Of a stretch of DNA of 64,000 nt, positions 45,801 to 59,803 are shown piece after piece (the first letter of the stretch is position 1; every line of letters starts with the position of its first letter). The notes below the pieces were generated by a model. It ran no database searches. It saw only the letters and a program-made list of their open reading frames with translations, and was not told where the DNA came from. The translations under genes and the position numbers were made by a program. The stretch comes from Catajapyx aquilonaris (lineage: Eukaryota), in assembly GCA_000934665.2 (NCBI GenBank), contig KZ538246.1, positions 1-64,000 on the forward strand, given 5' to 3'.

Positions 45801-48024
45801 CTAAATTCCCAGACTTTTACAAGAACACATAAATTGTAATAAAAGTTATTGGTCAACTTGTAATAGTTATTGGTGGTTCATTTTCAGCCCAAAACTGACT
45901 GGCTGAGAGTAATATCATATACGTATTCTGAACCAGTCAATGTAATTTACAAAGCTGGCATCTAGGCTATTAAACCACCATGTCCATTCCGCCAGCACTA
46001 TTCCGGAGCCCAGCCTCGTTGAGGTGCGGGGGGNGGGGGGGGGGGGGCGCTTTGACGTCAGTCGGATGGCTAGTTCGTGAAAAATGACATATAAAGGTCC
46101 ATTTCGTCAGGAAATCGGACCTGAAAATGCTTCAAACCAGATGACCCTATGACACAATACGGGCCATCAATTTTCAATTGGTTTCGGGTTGTGCTTGAGT
46201 AAATTGCTCGGTACACTCCGACTAATGTGTTTATTCCTTTCTTTATTTTCCGAGGATTGGGTAAGAACTCATTGTTCTCCTTGGTCTGCAGCAGGCCACC
46301 GCACGCCACTGGTGTTAGGTCGTAAACGGTGGTGAGATCCGGCTGCTGCTTCTTGTACCAGGTCGTGAAAGGCGAAGAAGATGCCTCGTTATAAGGCGGC
46401 GATAATCACTAGTTGTCGACAGAAGCATGAGAGCCTCGTTCTTTACCCTGCCGACAACCAATAAGGATCTGTGTTCGAGGGTGGTCCCAACGCACAAAAA
46501 GAAGAAAAAATTGATTGCTTTTTCTCGTGTTTTGCCCGAATTTGCATGAAAATTGCAGTGCGGAGCAGTACTTATTAGTCCGGTTGGATGCTCCCTTGCC
46601 TGGGTTGATGTATCAGCTGTGACCGAAGGGTGCGCTTGTTTGTTGCTCTGGAGCCTCGGGGCTTGTTTGGCGGAAGGGTCCAAAACTATTAGAGAAGTCG
46701 TTGAACTTGGCGCATTTTTGCCCAACACGTAGGGTGAAATCACCATATATCAACCGGTTTTACACTTGGATCGAATCCAGACGGGACTCGGTATGTCAAG
46801 TTGTACGGTGCCGTCCGAGTATTTGTTGGGGATGAAATCACAGTTAATAAGCAACATTTATTTTTTGCGTTCATTCTTCAGTCTTATAAGGTAATAAACG
46901 CCTGCAAGTAAAGAAATGCACGTAATTAAATTCTTGGAATATGGCAACACGTCAAAACTTAAGTTACGGACCAGTGTAATTACGGTGAATTTCAAGGGTC
47001 CACCTTCTCAGGTGGACTCCTCGACATCTTCAGTTTTTGTATAGCCTACTATGGGGAAAAAAACCAAAAAACGTTACAATGAGATTTTTGACAATGAATA
47101 TAGTGGTTGTTAAAAGTTATTTAAAAAAGTATTTTAAAAAGTAAAACATAATAATTAAAACTTGTTATGGCTATATTGACCATTACGAGATTTTGCTTGG
47201 TCCGGCCATGCACCCAGCAGATGATATGCAGTGTCGAATATCTGTTGTAACTGAATAGCTAAAAACTTTCCATCCTGAAAAGATTATTCACGGAACGCAG
47301 CGATTACGTCATTGATAGGTTTATTAGGCTAGGGTAATTAAATAGAACGACTTATTCTTAGAAATAAGGTGCAGTAGGTCATGAGGGAAGCATGTGTAAG
47401 AATCAGATAAATTGTGCTACTCACAGATGCTGATGAGTTTGTGGTTTATTGCCTGTAGATGTACCGGTAATTCAGAAATACGTGTAACCACGTTAATAGT
47501 ACCGAGATCCATATACCTAAACTACTAAAGTATGTAAAGTAAGGCATCTCGGTTTCGTAGCGGTAGAAAATAATAGCTATTGTGTACTTTTAAATCTTTG
47601 TGAAAGGAGTGGCCTGGTGAGTTGACTTGCACCTTTAGACCGGCCTTATCACTAAATACCACCTTTATGGGACTTTTAAGAGCGTGTGGGCCTCTTTCCT
47701 TGAGAGTGCTGCAGTTTTGGAAATTAAGCATATATACTGTTTACATGTGAAAATGTTATAGTCAAAGGCCTTGATAGGCTACTTTAAGAGGCAACCCTCC
47801 GCCCCCTTGTTGGTCACATGATATAAATCAGCCAGAAGAGGCCATCAAATCTTGGCACGAGGCACCAATATTGGCTGACTTTTGCCATGTGGCAGAAGGA
47901 GTTCCAATGTTCCCCTTCAAGGCACAAGACTGTCAGTTATATTGATGGTGCAATTTTGGGAGTAAGCTGAAGCTGAGCCCTCCCCCCCCCTCTAGAATTT
48001 TTACTGTCATTCGATGATTCTATG

Positions 48025-48515
48025 ATGATGCGTCGCCAGGAATGGTGGACATTCTGCCAGTGTTTCATATTACCACCGATAGGAGGCGGACGATCATTTG
48101 GACGGGATGAACCAGAGTTCTCTGACGGAAAGAGACACCATGATCTCACTACTTTGTGGACCAATCTTAAATATGGAATAGCCATTTTGTCACACACATC
48201 GTATATTTCATACACATTTTGAGATCAATGAAATATCTCAATTGAAAGTAGCTTTTTCGGGCCCAAGAGCAAAATGCAACGCAAAACCTCATAAGCGGAA
48301 TGAGACACCATTATCTCCCAAACATAATTGCAATATTAATTTTTCAGAGTCACCAGGGTATGCAGGAGTCTATTACCTTCATACACATTGAAAAATAAAA
48401 TTAATTCGATCAAAATTAACCGAGTTACAGCTGTTTTACACTGCAATCCCTATGTAGCTTATGGGCGCAGGAGTCGCAAGGCCGATGTCCACCATTCCTG
48501 GCGACGGATTGATGA
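48025..48515. mobile_element. TIR element next to a (GAT)n microsatellite
   Basis: Inverted cgtcgccaggaatggtggacat (~48031-48052) and atgtccaccattcctggcgacg (48486-48507); (GAT)n follows to ~48570. Confidence 0.6.
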
Positions 48516-48529
48516 AATGATGATGATTC

Positions 48530-48568
<39 letters not shown>

Positions 48569-51500
48569 AATAATAATATCTACAGGGATCTAGAGAGGGA
48601 GAGGAGTGTGTCATAATGCACCAAAGGCTTCCGGCTAGATACGGAAATATGTCGTGCTGACTATCGTTAATGGCCACACTATACCCACAGGTACGTTGGA
48701 TACCTCATGCACAACGAACTATATGCACTACCTTTCACTATATGACTGTTATTTGATATCTTCATCAGGCACTCTGAAAGCTATTAGTATTTTAAATCCT
48801 TTTCCATTATTTCAACTGCTTCCACTTCGAAGATGTAAGTTAAAGTTGGTTACATAACAGTAGCTTGGGAGGATAATATTGTATAGGTGTCAGGTGTCAC
48901 ATGAGTCCCTAATATTGATTGTCACAATTTGTTATGCAATTCCCAAGGGCGGGGCGTGAACTTTTCTTGGAAACTATTTCTTGCAGTCGCTACATCACAG
49001 CAGCGATACTAAGCAGTATAACTACTGTATGTTATGGTGTAGGCCACATAGAAAGAATCGATAGGGATGGAGTAGTTGGGGGTGACTGCAAGGTTTGTTT
49101 GTGGAATTTATGTCATCTCCTAGTATTTAATGCTCAGAAAGAACAAAAGTGAATAAAAGAAGCATGAGATTTTTATTACCTATTCCATAGCATATAGCAG
49201 TGTTTGTTCGAAGTGGCCCTGGAAGGTGCAATATTTGAAGTCCTGATGTGGACGATTATCATGCCACAATGATTATTATCCCAGATTAATTTCATGTCGC
49301 AGAACTGCGCGCTGCATTTGATATTTATTCCGTAATCGTGACATGTGAATATCAATAAGCTAACTTAAATTCCATTGACTATCAATTTTCCGACTTCCCT
49401 CATAATTATGTTCGTCGTTCGTAAAGTACCGGTATAGTCTACTGTATTAGTACGTCCGAGTACGTCACTCTTATTTTCTCCTTCTTAATTTGCGCTACCC
49501 TGTATTTATTGTCAGGTAGTTACTAATCAGGAACGGAATCCTAAAGAAGTACGCCATTGTGGATTTACATACATTGTAATTACGAAAGTATAGGAAAGTG
49601 TAACTTGACCACGTTGCGTTGGGGAGAACTTCATTGGGATCATTTACTCGTGACCATAACCATGTAAATAACCCTCGTATTTAAATGGCTTAAATGCCAC
49701 CTACTTGGCAGCTATAGACATCTCGATAGTCAGAAGTATGAATTATTGCCTATTACAGCATATTTATATCAATTTTATGTGTTATACCGGAACCGTTTCG
49801 TTTTTAATCGACCTCGGGTTAGCTTTTGAACAGCTCAATTCTCTCAGTGTGTGAAATACAAGTACGTATTGTATACTGTATTTGTCAGTGTCTAGATTGG
49901 TATTTGTAACTATATCAGATATTAATTTTTTCGTCACATTTTATGGCATGCGTGTAGACACGTTTGGCGAGTAATTTGAAAGGAAGCGATATATTTGAAG
50001 AGGTACTGAGCATTAAAAAGTCCACTTGAGGGTTGCGAGCACGTGGTGATGAGTTCCAGAGCTTACGACATCGGGTAAAGCGTAGGACATTATGGGGGAT
50101 AATTTACATTTCCTACAGTGCAGCGGAGAGGGGGCGAATATTGCTTCTATTTTTATATATCAAACTATGTTTATGACCATTTTCAACCTGGAATTGGCAA
50201 CGAGCTACACACTACACTGCGCACTAAATAACTTTGTAATTATATTGAGACATTAGTGCTGGGTGCCAAACTAAAATTGTACTCTCGTTTGAAAGCTGTC
50301 ATAATTACTTCAATCAAAATTGTCTGAAGTTTTTGGCCAGAAAGCCTTCTGCAATCAGCGCCAGTTATAACTTGTGGCGCATGTGCGCTATTACTTTATG
50401 AATATTGCCACTATTATATATCAGAATGCCAGCATACAATATTTCTCATTTACTGATATACAGTACAGTATTGAGGCTGTGCAATTTAGTAAAGATTACT
50501 AAAGAAGATTACGTTAGTATGAGTCGTGCGGAACAGTAGGCCTACATATCTTTTGCTGTCACCCTGTTACATCACGAATAACTCAAAGGAACCTGTCCTA
50601 CTCCACACATGATTGGAGATTGGAATGCTTCATTAAAGCAGATGCAGTTTTTCTCTCTGTAAGTTATATGACTCGTTGAGCTAAGTTATATTACTTCAGG
50701 TACCGGAAATAGATTATACTACACAACATAACCTTCATGCGATCTAGTGCGGACGTGGGTGCATTGCAGAACAGAATTTCCAGTGCTATCTAGAGAGTTC
50801 GGTCATGTGGACTGTATATGTATACTGTGTACTTCACAGCAGTAGTAGATCTGCAACTGACGAAAGGTCTAAATTGGGACCTGACTACCGTTTAAACCCA
50901 CTTAAACATTACACACACGTACAGTACACCCCAACGATGCTCCCATCTCATATAATTGATTCACGAAAAAAATGTGGTCTGTCAGGGGAGGAAAATGGCA
51001 GGTTTGTGGTATGACTAAAGATAATGTTTGATGATGATGTGATCCTCACTGAACGAGTGCGTGGGCAGCTACTCGGCGATTATATAATCGGTGTGAAAAG
51101 GCTCGCAAAACGGTCAAGGATGAAGGGAATGGGCATTGTATAATACGCGTCGACTGGATGGCGGAGGACATTTTTTGAGCGAGGAAGACACTTTTTCCCC
51201 CTCCTCGTTCCTCCTGAAACGGATATTGAGTTGCACCGGAACTTGAAAGTCCTGCTGAATATATCCTCCCCTTAGTCTAAATGTAGCTCATGACTCTGCC
51301 GTTGGTTAGAAATGTCAGTACACAACTGGAGCGGAAACTCACGACTTGGATTATTGCTCGCATGGCGGTTATTTCCCTCTCCTCAAAGCGTGACCGCGAG
51401 GACCAAGTTCAAAGCGAAGCCAATGAATTAGTCTATTCTAGATCTGGATTTTGAACTAAATTTGAGCCTATTTTGATTTGATAATTAGCCTATTAGTGTG

Positions 51501-51605
51501 CTTAATTATGTCCCCCATTGTAAAATATATTAAAGATGATTGAGTCCTATCCTTATGTTGTTGCAGGTAGTGTTTTCCATGAAGAGCTCCATGTATTAAG
51601 AAGAT

Positions 51606-52429
51606 ATGGCTTGGCAACAGCCACCGCCACCGGGCAGCCCTCAGAAGCGGCGTGGCGGTGGCCCCACTAGCGGGGCACCGTCCCCTCCAGGATGGGCCTC
51701 GCCGGTGGCTCACCTAGGGCCCCGGGTGCCACCATGCCCGTCGCCCCTATCGCACCGTCATCGAGCACCGCACCCCCATACCCTTCTGCACTCTCCCGTC
51801 CCCCATCTACCCCGTGCCCGCACTCCACTGCCACGGCCACCGACACCTCTTGGTATGCCCGTGGGTACAATAGTTATGGCCCCATCTCCTATCCCCTTCC
51901 GACCTGTACCGTCCCCGGCCCCTTCACCGATGATGGTCGGTGGGCCTCGAGTATGGACGACAGCGTCACCGACACATATACCGTCTCCCCGGCCCTTGTA
52001 CCCGGCAGCCATCAGACCGTACTGGACAGCGACGCTTATGGTACGCATGTAGGGCTAGTCCAACGGATCGCAATAAATATGATTAAAAACGAATGCGTCA
52101 CATATGTTTGTACATTGCCTGATATAAAATTTGTAATATCTCATGTTTTGGAATCAACCTAATTGTTTCATCGGGTGGGTAGAATCAGGCAGCATCTCCA
52201 CTGCCGTCGTCAGATCAGATGGGATACATGTCCCCAGCTGAGGTGGACAGTGGGTTCCCTCATTCATCAGGATTGGATGGACACTACTCGGACGCCATGG
52301 CGTCCGCTTCTGAGGCCGAAGACGATTTCTTCGATGGGCCTTCCACAGCCGACATAATCGCTTCCCAATCTCAGGACTACGTTGATGAGAAACTGGCCGA
52401 GTATCAGGCCACCATCCAGCATCTGCAGG
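51606..52429 (+). CDS. Msp300: Msp300/nesprin-1-like, alternative N-terminus A (partial; gene continues beyond the window)
   Basis: Pro-rich exon 51606-52040 is spliced to exon ~52183-52429, which ends ...ADIIASQSQDYVDEKLAEYQATIQHLQ-G|gtgagt. I recognise this as the sequence preceding DEQERVQKKTF (first CH domain) in arthropod Msp300/nesprin-1. The CH-domain exons are not seen in the window. Confidence 0.78.
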
Positions 52430-55400
52430 GTGAGTATATTACATCCATGTGCGTTTAGTTCTACTACATATGCGCGTGCATTATACGGAAGTGGACAGTT
52501 GATATGAAATGCATCGTCAGTGGACGCTTTCTTACGACCTAGAACTACTGCGACATTTCTCAACAGAGACGTCCTGATGATAGTTTTCCTCGAATGTATT
52601 GTACCTTACCAATCTGATCGGGTATATTACAGGACATGCGTAAATGGTCGTCATTGGACTTGAGAGTGTATAGACCACAATGAACTCGGAGAGATGCAGG
52701 AAAAGACGGGCCAGAATTGTGACGGATGTTGTTTGCCCTTCGCATACACACAATCTTGGCCCTAATTCCAAGGTCTACAAGACAATAACCCCAGGTTCTT
52801 TCACTTTGTATAGCATTCATTTGCATATATCAGCACTTTGTCTAGTGTGGCAATAGACAAGGACGAATTTACACATAACTACAGTATAGGCAGATGTCAA
52901 TGTGCGAACGATTTATAGAGCCCGGTGTTGGGGCTACAAGTACGTAGGGGGCCATAATGTTGATTTAGTGCTTTTGAGCATTTCTTAAATAAGTTTTTTT
53001 TTGTGAATAACAAGGCAGTATGACATTACATAACTTATATGTGTTGCATATTACATATTAGGATTTCATTATATAGAGAGAGGTCGCGAATCTGCCATCC
53101 GTCTCTAACTACATACTCGAACGTAATAGCCGGTATATATAATTATCTCCGTAATTTCTGATTGGTTTCATGTAGGCAAGAGAACCGGAAGTGATTAAAG
53201 GAAGAAGTGCGACTTGTACGCTGCATGGAGATAGCGAGACTGTGCAAATTTCGCTTCCGATTAGCGCGTGCTTGCCGCCAACTTTTTATTCGCGTGTCGA
53301 AATTGCTAACTGCCTGGCACGTAATGGATTTGCCTCATCGATTTTGGGTTTTTTTGTGCTCTTTAATGGTGTCCTAGGGAACTAAGGAGGTCAGTTTGTA
53401 AGGGTTTTTGCACATTGACGCGATGGTCATTCCCGAAAGGATAGTTTGGCCACGAGAGTTAGTGACTTTTGTCACGAATGACAGACGGCCCGTACTCTTC
53501 CAAAAATTGATTTGGTTATGTAGCGTAGGTGTGTAATGGCAATGGCCAAACCCCAATTTTGGCAGGTTGGGTTTTTTTTTAAATTCTAAAAAAGAAATGG
53601 AGCAGAAATAATCTGCATTGGCTATCGGGGCTATAGGGAAGCATGCCAGCAGACTCACCGACATCTGACTTACTTTTTTGGCTTTTATTCCAACTGGCAA
53701 AAAATAACCTGGAGCGATAACAACAATCAACATGCAGGCTTTGCGAATGCGCGTGTTTGGCGACCATTTGTCACAATGCAGTCCAGTGCAACCCACCGGA
53801 CAGTCAAGGGCAAAGAGAAAAAAAGGAACTCGCGCGATATAAAGGTGATGCAATTGGGTGTACGGAAAGAATGACGAGGCCGTAAAAACGTAGGGGTAAC
53901 CCACGTCACATAGTTGGTCGGCACTGTATTTTTAGAGCTGACGATCACACTGCATTTGTGTGTATCTATGCGGCTATTGTGTGCCAACTAGGAAATATCA
54001 ATCGGGACGGATCTGTTGGTGCAATTGTTGTGCAAAGCACGACTGTATTGGGGCACGGCGTGTCACATCGGATTGTTAGCTCCAAAAGTTGGGAGACCAT
54101 GACATCAATTTTTTTTCCGTCCCTCATTCCCGCGCGTTATTTGCAGGTACCGGCACTTGAACATGCAGTGTAGGCGTATGAGATTTGTGGAGTCTCAAAA
54201 GGTCAGCCTTGAGTCAAGTGAGAGGGAAAAGCGAAGAGAATGCCTGTCATCTTTGTTTTGTTTGAGCGAGAGAAATTATTTAGTACTATTATGTCGCGTT
54301 TCAATGGGTGACAGTGCAAATGACACGTTCCTTTGGCCTGCGATGTACTGTACTGAGCAACTGCTACTGCGACAATAACCGCGTCTTGGAGAGTCGAATA
54401 ATCTAATCAACCTGTTATGAGTCTGAAAATTTATTCTGTAAACCCAATCACATTATAGCCACAATTTTCGGATAAACTTTTTAAATGCTCTTATCGTACG
54501 ATTAAAAAAATTCTCAGACGACGATCTGTACTAACTGGATCGAGGCAGTGAAGGTTTTTAATTAACTATGCCTTCAAGGTTTTCTACGAAAATGGTTTTA
54601 GTAGGGTGGAGTTGTACAGTGCCTCGTCTTACCGCAAACTTCGGAGATGTGTAGGTGGAAGCATTATTGGAGCATGAGGAAAGGAAATGCCGAACATTCT
54701 GGAAAGTATGTCGGGACTTGGCAGGACTATTTTATCCTATCGTGACCTTTTTATTTCTTGCGACTTTCTTTGAATTCTGCCGCGCAAGTTATATTTGCCA
54801 CCAGTCACTCTCTAACATGTAGGCATACACAATATGGGATGCAATACCTTGGTACTGTACTCAGCGTTACTGTAAGGAAATTTTAGGAGCCGCGGTAGAC
54901 CTATTGCCTATTGGAAATCTGCTGTTTACTGTATGTTTGCAGTAGCTTAAGGTAATCATTAGGCTAATTGAATGACACACATGGCTGCGCATTATGGTAT
55001 ATTTGCATTACCAAAGCCCTAATCTTGGCGTGTTAATATCTAGAAAGGTCATTTTGGAAATAACTTTCCCATGCACTTATTTTAAGAGCGTGAGTAAGTA
55101 CTGTAGCTTGTGTACAGTGCAGTACCTATGCTTATTGCACTGTACAGTATCATCCTGTACGAAGGATGGGAAAACATTGCATAACGCTTACTATGAGTTA
55201 TGTGAGTACATGTAGGAATTTAAACTTGTATGTGAGGAACGACAGGTACATATTTCCGTTAACTCCGACTTGAATGTCGAACAAGTTATAGGTTATCGCT
55301 GGACATAGCTGTACCTTGTACTGCACAGGCCTTCATGGTGCTGACAGGACCGGATCAAGGAGTTAGGGTACCGCAGTGCAAAACAATACCAATGGGATCT

Positions 55401-58400
55401 GCATGTTACATTAGGCTATACTATGTGGACTGGACTCATCCTCGCGTCCATGGCGCATTCGGAACAACATTACATTGCATACCGGTATACTTGTGTAAAG
55501 TTATTCAACTCCATAATATGTAATACGGTGCAAACTGTCTAACGAATTAAATACCGGTACGAGATTCGTATGTTTGTGTTGATTTATTCATCCAGACTGC
55601 AGTACATAGCTGATTAAATTACTCCACACTGTGACAGATGATAGGCTATGTAACAGTTACAACTTATCGGTGCGTATATATACATTTCACACTGCTGTAT
55701 TCCGCAAGACTTGAGCCTTGCGGACCTGCTAACACACTATCACAACATTTTCTGTAATTTTTTAGAAATCTTGTCAGATCTTGTCTGAGCCATTAATTGC
55801 CCTGGACCCCTGGTACATTATTGTGCCTAAACTGGCAGTTATCGATGTAAACGAGGACACTTAGGGCCAGTTGTAGTAACTAAAAGCGTGTAAAAAGTAA
55901 GCAATGTCGGATACTTTTAATACCTGTAAGTTTTAATAAAATCGAAGATTTTCCCTAATTTGAGGTGTTGATAGACAACTGGCCCGGGTGACAGCTTTGC
56001 CGCCCTTGGGCTTATCAGTCTAACTGCTATGCTAACTACAGCATGTGAAACTCCCCTATTCGGTCAACTACCGTACATTGTAAATGCAGGAATACCTTTA
56101 TTTCCTTAATTCTCAGTGGTAATATACCTAATTACATCATGTGATGATGATTCCAAGGATGATTCGCATTAATTTGTAATGTGTCGTGGTTTTGTCTTGG
56201 GATCAGTTTTCAACTACAACTGTCTGCACAGTATATTGACCGGAAGATAGTGCGTTCACGGTGCCGGTGTCCAATAACATAAATGTATAATAAACTGTCA
56301 CCGCTTGGGCATTCTTCTTCAACAAGCTACTGCCCCAATGTCATGGGAAGAATGAAATGGAAACTACGTCTTGTGATTTCAAGGTTGGTAAGTAGAGTGC
56401 ACTTGAGTATGTGAACGTGGGCGAGATGACCAATAGCAGAAACGGGTTTGATCACAGGAGATAATATATCACTCTTTCCACCTTCTAATCCTTCTCTACC
56501 CGTCTGGGATACACGGCGTGTGTATCTAGAAAAATAACGCCAGTATCGTCATGTTTGTATTTAGAAATGAACGGCATCCTTTTATGCTGCTGCCATAATA
56601 CCATTATGATTATTTCATAACATCGAAGGTCAAGGTCGACTTTTTTTTTTTGGACTATCTACTTCACACTTCACACTTACCGCGAGTATATTGACCAAAA
56701 CAGGAAATCCATCTCTTAAAAGCGCGTCTGTGATGCCCAACTATCTGGCTGATGACCCCAACTGTGTAGAGGTCATTGATACTGCCATTGATGAGGGCCG
56801 ACTATTACCATTTATAGAATGGCAGTATCAGTTGTGTTTCCCACTCGTGGCATAAAACAGGGTGTCCTTCACAGGCGTGATGTGAGCCCGGTTGAAACTA
56901 CGTTTGACCAACACTTTTGCATCTCTATTTCCCCTCCGGTAGCCCTCTTTATTCATGCACCCATGACGCAACGAATGAGCCCATTAAGATTAATTGCCCA
57001 CAAATTAATGTGTGGATTATTTTATTATATAAATATTCAAATTGCCATTGTTGCAACTGTTGGTAGGACCATAACTTGTTCTGATCATGCAACCCTTTTT
57101 GAATTAGATTGCACTGCTCGTACGCGATGGTGTGAAACTGACTGCACCCTTTTCGCACCACTATGCCCAGCTACAAAAACAAGCGACATCCTATCCTCCG
57201 CTGTTATGCAATACCGAGCCTCCGACAAAAAAAAACAATATGTGCACTTGGGGGAGTAGGAAAAAGTGGGCAGTGGGGTGTTTGCAAAGTGACATCCACT
57301 TGTGTGTGCATCCAAGTCAGCGGCCAGCCATTACATCACCCATTGTGCGCTTCACGCTTAGGAAACCCATTAGATCAATGCAAGGCCGCCATTTGCGAGC
57401 CTGTGCTGCCACCTGAACACCTTACTTGAAAACTAATAGCACAGGTCGGAGTTTCCGAGTTTCCCCTGAACGAGAGCTGACCCACATCGCGCATGGCAGC
57501 TGCACACGGCAGGTGGTTGCCAGTGTCTCTCCTGCATGCGTACGGTAACCGTGTGAAACAGTGTCGTGCAAAGTGCACGTGTGCATGATTCCAGTGTAGG
57601 ACTGGTTTTTCTCCCAGGTTTTTGCAATTCCCGAACCATGTCTTAAAAATGGTTGTATTTCGGCGTGATTGTTTATCAGTGCAACATGTGTATCGTGAAT
57701 TGGGTGGGGCTGTCAATGACTACCCGTTTTTTTCACATAATGAGTGGCCGCAACAGTTAGAGTAGGAGAGGAAGTGCGTAATTTAATTACTTGTGCACTC
57801 AACTTACCGTTGGAGATAGCTGTTTGAGATAGGAAGCCAAGTGGATCGTCGTAGCAAAGAGCATGGTCTCCAATAAGAGGAGACTAGCGCTTTATCGATC
57901 TGAATTTAAGGATTGTGCCGGCTCACATCGTAGACCACGTTGCTATAAAAACACGCCTATCGGTTCCTGAATCGGCACTTTTTATTCTCAACGTGGTTCA
58001 CCTGAGGGACCTGATTGAGGCTTTTAGTCATAACCAGATCGAGCTTAATGATAGTTATTAGCAAACTGAGCCTTAGGGAACTACGAGCCTGTTGTTGCGG
58101 CAAGAAACTGCGCGCAATAGTGAACGATTTCTTTTTGTGCAATTTTTTTTCCCCCCCCCTGTGAAATTCAGTCACTGTGTTTGGATCCGGAGCCGAAACG
58201 AATAGGATGACCTTCTAGTTTATGACCCAACCTTGCGGTGGCCAAGCCCAGATGTTGCCACACACTTGTTTGTAGGTCAGCAAATTCGTGTGGTCCTTAG
58301 TACCGAGTCCAATTTTCTTGAACGCACGTGTATCGCATCGGGTGTGAAAAGTCACGTGCGTAGTGAGAGTAAACCCGATGAGTTGGGGGCCATTCATCGA

Positions 58401-59472
58401 TCAGGTGTCATTCACAATTAGATGAGAGAAGTTATTAGGGCTTTTCGCTATTTGAGATTCAGTAAACGCAATGGCTGTAACCGGTACTAGGATTTCATAA
58501 TATGCTGACGCAGTGCGCGAAATGCTTTTTTTCTCCCCATGATGTTTCTTATTTTATGACCTCATTCTCAAGTACGGTGTAGTCTCAGTATGTGGTACGA
58601 GTGTCAGTTATGAGACTTGAAGCTCGGATTGTCGGTAGTGTGGCAATCTTCCTTTCTGTTTCGTTGAAATAATCACTGGCATTCAAAATGCAGGACATGT
58701 GCCTTTTAACATGTTAGTTGGAGGAACCGCTTTTCGGGCGTGAGAGTAGAGTGATGCTAATGAAGCATTGTTGATATACAGCCCACGTTGCGTTGGCACG
58801 AGGAGGTACTGTGTTGGAATTTGTAGTTGAGTAGACCTAAAAGTTATAACACGAGAATATTGACGAAGGTGGTCAATCAATGGTTGGAACTATTTATATA
58901 TGGCCGGAAAGCAAGTGCTCTTTGGAAACTTATGAAAATTACGGCTCATTTGCAACGTTCATTGGGATAATCAAAAGTTGGGGTGAAAAGTTGCCAATCC
59001 ACTTCAGATATGCCCCTGATCTGTCATATCTCCAGTGTACGCGAAAATGATATCGTGAGAATATGTTTTCGGTATTTCAGTATGGTGCACTGAAATGATA
59101 AAAGTGACAATCAGGCTTGACCAGGCAGATAGATGCGAATAACGTTTTAATAATAATAATCTGCTTCTATAAATATCGCACAACTGAGTTTTGTATGAAG
59201 TCAGATTCCTTATCAGGGTGTATCCATTAGATTTTAATAATCAATTCTGACTGTGTGACACGAGTTATACAAAAATCTATATTAATGCAAAATAATCCAG
59301 TCCTACTAAAGCGACACGGCTCCGTGTGGAGTGTAGTACATATATTTGAGCAAAACTGGGAGGAAACCAGCCCTTATTTATTGTACGTGACCAGTGCGCG
59401 TGAATATCCCACAGTGACAACTGGACTTTCGAGTCCACCAAGACATTCAGAATGAAGAACCGGTGAACAACC

Positions 59473-59803
59473 ATGTCCGAAGATGGCCAGAACCACAAAG
59501 CGGTCCGGCCGCGAACATTGGGCAGGTTCGAGAGGACGACGTACAGTACGTCATCTTCGACGTCTCCGTCGTCTCCGTCTCGAACCAGAACGCCCTCGGA
59601 CTTGTCGCGGACACCATCCTCGGAGGTACTGGACCGACGTGGAACGTCTGCAGGGTCGTCGCCGATCGGAAGGAGTGGGCACGAATGGTACACAGAGTAC
59701 AGAGCCCAGACCTTCGGACAGCAGACTGCTAAATTAGAAACATACCATCTCTTGAGGAAGGAAGGACCCTCGCATTATGACTCGCATATAGCGGAGATTA
59801 GAG
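59473..59803 (+). CDS. Msp300: Msp300/nesprin-1-like, alternative first coding exon B (partial)
   Basis: Ser/Thr-rich ORF ending ...EWYTEYRAQTF...GPSHYDSHIAEIR-G|gtaatt. The phase-1 donor matches exon set A, and the motif resembles the other known arthropod Msp300 N-terminus (YDxHIAEIxDEQERVQKKTF). Confidence 0.75.

Noticed and set aside
46070..46800. Crypton / tyrosine-recombinase-like relic on -
   Set aside because: One weak motif (KGINTL) and no catalytic R-H-R-Y residues recognisable.
51692..52162. Overlapping 156-aa ORF in another frame
   Set aside because: Shadow ORF of the GC-rich, Pro-coding Msp300 exon.
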